NCBI GenBank assembly: GCA_036171035.1 | Contig: JAVHQG010000140.1 | Coordinates: forward strand, 1-52,465 | Direction: 5' to 3' | Length of the DNA: 52,465 nucleotides | DNA from: Bacteroidales bacterium | GTDB taxonomy: Bacteria; Bacteroidota; Bacteroidia; Bacteroidales; GWF2-35-48 | In this document: positions 48,387-52,465 of the stretch, in pieces | Layout: each line of letters opens with the position of its first letter | How positions within the stretch are numbered: position 1 is the stretch's first letter | Translations under genes and position numbers: made by a program | Notes under the pieces: model-generated | Database searches by the model: none | Told to the model about the DNA's origin: nothing | What the model saw: the letters and a program-made list of their open reading frames with translations, nothing else

Positions 48387-51300
48387 TCACGATCCAGTTT
48401 CTTGTTTATTTGAACTGATTTTTTTCACAACTTTTATTAATTTAATATTCCCGAGATATTCAAACCCTTTTTTCATAAGATCGAATGTTAGAATAAAATA
48501 AAAGAATAATGTAGTGAGCCATATAAACATGATATTGAACCAAAATGTGTCAATTTTAAACCCGAAGATTCTTTTTACCGGTGCATACATCTGTGCTCTT
48601 CCTATTTTTGAATCCGGGTCTTTGTATATTGGATTCATAATTTGCACAATCTGATCGTCTTCTTCAAAGGTCTTCTTTATTTCTTGAGCATTGGTTACAA
48701 TATTTGTAACATTCTCATTATGATATTGTTTCTTGAATTCTTCCAGTGCTTCTTTGCTGCCAAATTGCTTTAGCAGTTCTTTATATTTTGCATCTTTTTC
48801 ACTCTCTTTTTCAGTTAATTGTTTTGCAAAAAACTTTTTATTTTTATCAAGATATTTTCTTGTCTTTTCAGCAATATCTGCATTAAATGAAGTTGCATTT
48901 AACTTATCAAGATATTTAAAATTTGCATCGCACTCTGATTTTAAAAGTTTTTTTATTTCATTTGAAACAACAAGTAAGTTGTGTCCGATATTATTAGATT
49001 TTGTTTTGTTAACCATATCTTGTTCACACTTGTCTATCATTGATACTAGCTCTGGTATCAAATAATTTGAACGATAGGAATTATAACTTATTTCTTTTTC
49101 TATATTGAAGAAATTCTTTTGGTATTTATTGTCTCTGAATTGGGTTACAATGATTGCCTCATAAGCCCATCGCGAGGTCATAAGATCGCCTGCAACAGGG
49201 ACATATGAGTGAGATGAGAAATTTTTATGGAGCTTATCGAATTTTACAATCACACCGCTTAACAGAAGTTGTGGCACCAAAATAAATGGAATTAAAATGT
49301 AAATTGTGACTACGGAGTTCAGTGCTGCAGAAATATTTAGTCCGAGCATATTGGCAAAGCATGAGGCTGAAAATAGCACAAGCCAATAGTTAATATCCAT
49401 TGAACTCACCCCAAGAATTAGATTACCAAGCATTACAAATGTCAATGTTTGAATGGCTGAAATTGCGAACATTATAAGAATTTTTGAGAACAAATAACCA
49501 GATCGGCTTAAGTTCAAAAACTGCTCGCGTTGTTGAATTTTTTTGTCTTTAATAATTTCTTCAGCACTAATGGTAAGACCTAGAAACAATGCCACAACCA
49601 CTGACATAAAAACATATGCCGGTAAATTTTCGTTTTCGCTAAAGATGTACGTGTCTCCAACAACATATTTGGTAAAATATCCAAGAATTAATGAAAGAAC
49701 GGGTGCTTCAAGAAATGTAAGTAATACGTATTGCCTGTTGGTGAGTTTCGACAAAATATCGCGTGTAGCATAAATCTTAAACTGCTTGATGATGCCCGGG
49801 ATTTTAAATTTATTTTCAGGGATGGGGTCTGTTACTTCCTCATGTTTAAGTTTTGATTCAATATTCTCTTTAAAGTGCCCATACCATTCTTTTGATGAGA
49901 TTTTTCGGCTTCTTGTTAATTTGCCATACTCATCCACAACCTTTGCTTCCACAATTTGTAACACTTGCTCAGGATTAACGTTCCCACATGTAATGCATTC
50001 CCCTTCTTCAGCGTTCACGTGGTTAGTCATTTTTTTGAAATATGTTACAGCATCAATGGGGTTTCCCAGATATATCGGATGACCGCCTTTGTCCATAATA
50101 AGAATTCTATCAAACATTTTGTAGATATCTGATGACGGCTGATGGATGTTGATGATAAGTAGTTTCCCTTTGAGTGATTGCTCTTTTAAAAGATCCATTA
50201 CCATTTCAGAATCCATTGACGAAAGTCCTGATGTAGGCTCATCCACAAACATTACTGATGGTTCTCTAATGAGTTCAAGGGCAATATTTAATCGCTTCCT
50301 CTGTCCTCCGCTAATGAATTTATTTAAGGGACCACCAACTTTTAAGTTCCGTATTTCATATAAATCCAAATCTTGCAAAACTTCGCAAACAGATTTGTTC
50401 ATCTCCTCTTCATTGAAATTATCAAAACATAATTTTGCATTGTAATAAAGGTTTTGATATACGGTCAATTCCTCAATAAGTAAATCGTCTTGTGGAACAA
50501 ATCCAATCACTCCTTTTACTTTGTCGCGCTGTGTGTAGATATTAAATCCATTGATGCAAATTTCGCCTTTTTGTGGCATGAGGTTCCCATTGAAAACATT
50601 CAATAATGTGGATTTCCCTGCACCACTTCCACCCATTACTCCAATTAAATGACCACCTTCTGCAATGAAATTGAATTTTTGAATTCCATTTTCACTATTT
50701 TTAAACCTGAACTCTATATTTTTTGCTTCAAAAATTATTTTTGATTTTGTTTTATCTTGCAAAAACATTCCTGCTATATCGCTGTAATATACTGTGTTAA
50801 TTTTATGTCCTCTGATGGAAGCTCCTCCAGGTAATAAATAACCCCAGTTTGGTTTGATGTTACGACCATTTAGAAATAATTCGCTTCTTCCATTATAGCG
50901 GAATGCGTACATGTTGGTGCTGCTGATATATATTACAACTATGCGACCAGACAAGTTTTCATTGTGAATATGCTTAATTTCAGGTGACCACGATTCAAGG
51001 TGAGAATCAATTATGAGAATTTTATCTTTTTCAAGAACTTCGCTGATATTATCAAATACAAATTCTTTTACATTTTGATATTCAGTGGCTGAAATATTGA
51101 AAGTTTCTGCTACAGTTTGCGCAAATTGAAGTTCTTTGTCGGTTATTGTCTCACCATAGCTGACGTATTCTATCAGTTGAAGCAACACGAGCATTTTTTG
51201 ATCTTGCCGAAGTTCATCATTGATCTGTTCACATATTTTTAATACCTTGACTGAATTTGATGATAATTTCTTCTTCCCTCCTTTATTATGGTGTTTGGTA

Positions 51301-51473
51301 ATAAAATCATCATATATTCCGAGATATTCATCTAAAAGTTCTTTATTTAGTTGTTGTTTAAGATACGACTCTACAATGTTTCGTGATGTGGAAGATACGC
51401 CTTCTTCTGCGGATTCAGTATTAGCAATGATTGCAAATAATTGCATCAATGCTTTAAGTATGGACTCGCTCAT
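48387..51473 (-). CDS. ABCG-like (ATPase followed by ABC-2 permease) half-transporter with N-terminal accessory domains and a C-terminal coiled-coil/TM extension
   Basis: Walker A GVMGGSGAGKSTLLN, signature ISGGQRKRLNIALEL and Walker B SVMFVDEPTSGLS. A six-helix ABC-2-type membrane domain follows. The ~260-aa N-terminal extension and ~230-aa C-terminal extension end in one more TM helix. Confidence 0.85.
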   Translation of the reverse strand: MSESILKALMQLFAIIANTESAEEGVSSTSRNIVESYLKQQLNKELLDEYLGIYDDFITKHHNKGGKKKLSSNSVKVLKICEQINDELRQDQKMLVLLQLIEYVSYGETITDKELQFAQTVAETFNISATEYQNVKEFVFDNISEVLEKDKILIIDSHLESWSPEIKHIHNENLSGRIVVIYISSTNMYAFRYNGRSELFLNGRNIKPNWGYLLPGGASIRGHKINTVYYSDIAGMFLQDKTKSKIIFEAKNIEFRFKNSENGIQKFNFIAEGGHLIGVMGGSGAGKSTLLNVFNGNLMPQKGEICINGFNIYTQRDKVKGVIGFVPQDDLLIEELTVYQNLYYNAKLCFDNFNEEEMNKSVCEVLQDLDLYEIRNLKVGGPLNKFISGGQRKRLNIALELIREPSVMFVDEPTSGLSSMDSEMVMDLLKEQSLKGKLLIINIHQPSSDIYKMFDRILIMDKGGHPIYLGNPIDAVTYFKKMTNHVNAEEGECITCGNVNPEQVLQIVEAKVVDEYGKLTRSRKISSKEWYGHFKENIESKLKHEEVTDPIPENKFKIPGIIKQFKIYATRDILSKLTNRQYVLLTFLEAPVLSLILGYFTKYVVGDTYIFSENENLPAYVFMSVVVALFLGLTISAEEIIKDKKIQQREQFLNLSRSGYLFSKILIMFAISAIQTLTFVMLGNLILGVSSMDINYWLVLFSASCFANMLGLNISAALNSVVTIYILIPFILVPQLLLSGVIVKFDKLHKNFSSHSYVPVAGDLMTSRWAYEAIIVTQFRDNKYQKNFFNIEKEISYNSYRSNYLIPELVSMIDKCEQDMVNKTKSNNIGHNLLVVSNEIKKLLKSECDANFKYLDKLNATSFNADIAEKTRKYLDKNKKFFAKQLTEKESEKDAKYKELLKQFGSKEALEEFKKQYHNENVTNIVTNAQEIKKTFEEDDQIVQIMNPIYKDPDSKIGRAQMYAPVKRIFGFKIDTFWFNIMFIWLTTLFFYFILTFDLMKKGFEYLGNIKLIKVVKKISSNKQETGS

Positions 51474-51600
51474 GTGATTTTAATTTAGTTGTTAAATAAT
51501 AAAATATTCAAGTGCTAAAATTAACAAAATGTATTGTAATTCAAAATGGATTTTTGACAAAAAATAGTCATTAGATTTTTGCTGTAAGAATTTATTATTT

Positions 51601-51741
51601 GAGTCCACTCCGAAAAGTCCAAAAAATATTTTCCAGCGATTTTTTGCCCTTGATCCCTGAAGGGAAATCGCTGAAAATCAGTGTGCCTTTAAAGTCCCCT
51701 TTAGGGGATTTAGGGGTTAAAAGACTTTTCGGAGTGGACTC
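51601..51741. repeat. 141-bp nested palindromic element (MITE-like, structured RNA or complex terminator)
   Basis: Perfect 19-bp inverted repeats, gagtccactccgaaaagtc (51601-19) / gacttttcggagtggactc (51723-41), enclose two internal hairpins: cagcgattt...aaatcgctg with inner ccctt...aaggg, and aagtcccc-ttta-ggggattt. Confidence 0.6.
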
Positions 51742-52398
51742 TTATTTGTTAGCTATTTTAAATGGTGATACGTATTTTCTGCCAACAAGAATAGCTACGC
51801 ACCCACGGGTTTCAACTGTGTTTCCGTTGACTTTAAGTTTTATAACAAGTCGCTTGCTTGCTTCAAGATTTTTAATGTCATAAAATGATATTCCATCGCT
51901 TGTTTCATTGTCATATAAGATGGTCTCATGGACTATTACTGTGTTATCCCAGATTGTATCGCGCAAAATTTCTTTGCTTAGCACCACAGGTTTATCGTCG
52001 CCACCTAAAATTTGTTCTCCATATTCGTCAAGTTTATATATGATTTCTTCATTCTCGTTAATTTTGTTAATTTTAGAAATATTTTCACGGTTGGGTTCTA
52101 CGATTTTATAGCTTATGCTTCCCAGTGACTTATCGCACAATGCGGTAATTCTAAAATCTTGTTTGGCGTAAACAATAATTGTAATATTTAAGGAATCGCC
52201 TTGTTGCAGTGAAGTGTAGTACGATTGGCTGCGGTAATCATAGCCTTTAAAATTAGATGTTTCCCATGATCCTGTATCGTTACAAATAATTTTTATAGAA
52301 TCATTAAATGTGTTGTTTTTAAAACTTGACACATCTATAGCTATAACTTGATTTAGTAAATAAAAAAAAGTGAAACAATATGTGATAACTTTTATCAA
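51742..52398 (-). CDS. Secreted hypothetical protein
   Basis: 218-aa ORF with an N-terminal hydrophobic signal-like segment (ITYCFTFFYLLNQVIAID) and beta-rich composition. I recognise no family. The track start is TTG. Confidence 0.45.
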   Translation of the reverse strand: MIKVITYCFTFFYLLNQVIAIDVSSFKNNTFNDSIKIICNDTGSWETSNFKGYDYRSQSYYTSLQQGDSLNITIIVYAKQDFRITALCDKSLGSISYKIVEPNRENISKINKINENEEIIYKLDEYGEQILGGDDKPVVLSKEILRDTIWDNTVIVHETILYDNETSDGISFYDIKNLEASKRLVIKLKVNGNTVETRGCVAILVGRKYVSPFKIANK

Positions 52399-52465
52399 GT
52401 GTTATAAAAAAATAATTAGTTCTTGTAAGAAAACTCAGTGTCAGATAAGAAAATGTCAAGAATGA

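Noticed and set aside
51601-51741. Retron msr/msd or group II intron fragment
   Set aside because: There is no reverse transcriptase ORF within several kb and no intron domain V/VI-like sequence. Long flanking inverted repeats alone are not sufficient.
51599-51883. 94-aa plus-strand ORF covering the palindromic element (contains SPLGDLGV)
   Set aside because: Its frame is created by the inverted repeats and it overlaps the end of the better-supported minus-strand gene. I see no start context or domain.
1-52465. CRISPR arrays, rRNA genes, IS elements, integrases, prophage blocks
   Set aside because: I found no regularly spaced 25-40 bp repeats, no rRNA-like conserved stretches and no ORF with transposase, integrase or phage structural motifs. 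The only mobile-DNA signals are the tRNA half-copy and the 141-bp palindrome.

Overview
This is an AT-rich segment (by eye about one third G+C) that looks like a Bacteroidota chromosome. Supporting signs are a T9SS C-terminal sorting domain, TAnnTTTG-type -7 boxes, LptF/G, a TolC/adaptor pair and several GT4 glycosyltransferases. I can support about 36 CDS, one intact tRNA(CAU), one displaced tRNA 3'-half copy, two clear intrinsic terminators and one structured palindromic element. I see no rRNA, no CRISPR array and no integrase or transposase ORF. Much of the window is housekeeping or envelope biology: rplS, glyA, purC, ribBA, tsaB, corA, ppx-like, OmpA-family, LPS and glycan genes. Items worth follow-up, in order of interest: (1) A seven-gene Hyf/complex-I-like membrane operon (2533-11824, minus strand). 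Its 'hydrogenase' large and small subunit homologues have lost 3 of 4 [NiFe] cysteines and 3 of 4 proximal-cluster cysteines. This fits an energy-converting-hydrogenase-related (Ehr-type) complex of unknown substrate, with a divergent Crp-family regulator. (2) A 1.9-kb insert bracketed by tRNA-Met and a 44-nt copy of its 3' half. It carries only an AAA+/DUF234-type ATPase with a nuclease-like C-terminal motif. (3) A rhomboid protease fused in frame to a TIGR01212-type radical SAM protein. (4) A secreted TPR-CHAT protease next to a TPR-TM-PP2C phosphatase with near-identical TPR units, plus a 1028-aa ABCG-like transporter with extra domains. (5) A TetR-linked 1446-aa double-activase/dehydratase-like fusion. 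(6) A 141-bp nested palindrome closed by perfect 19-bp inverted repeats. All family calls come from motif recognition by eye; no database search was run.
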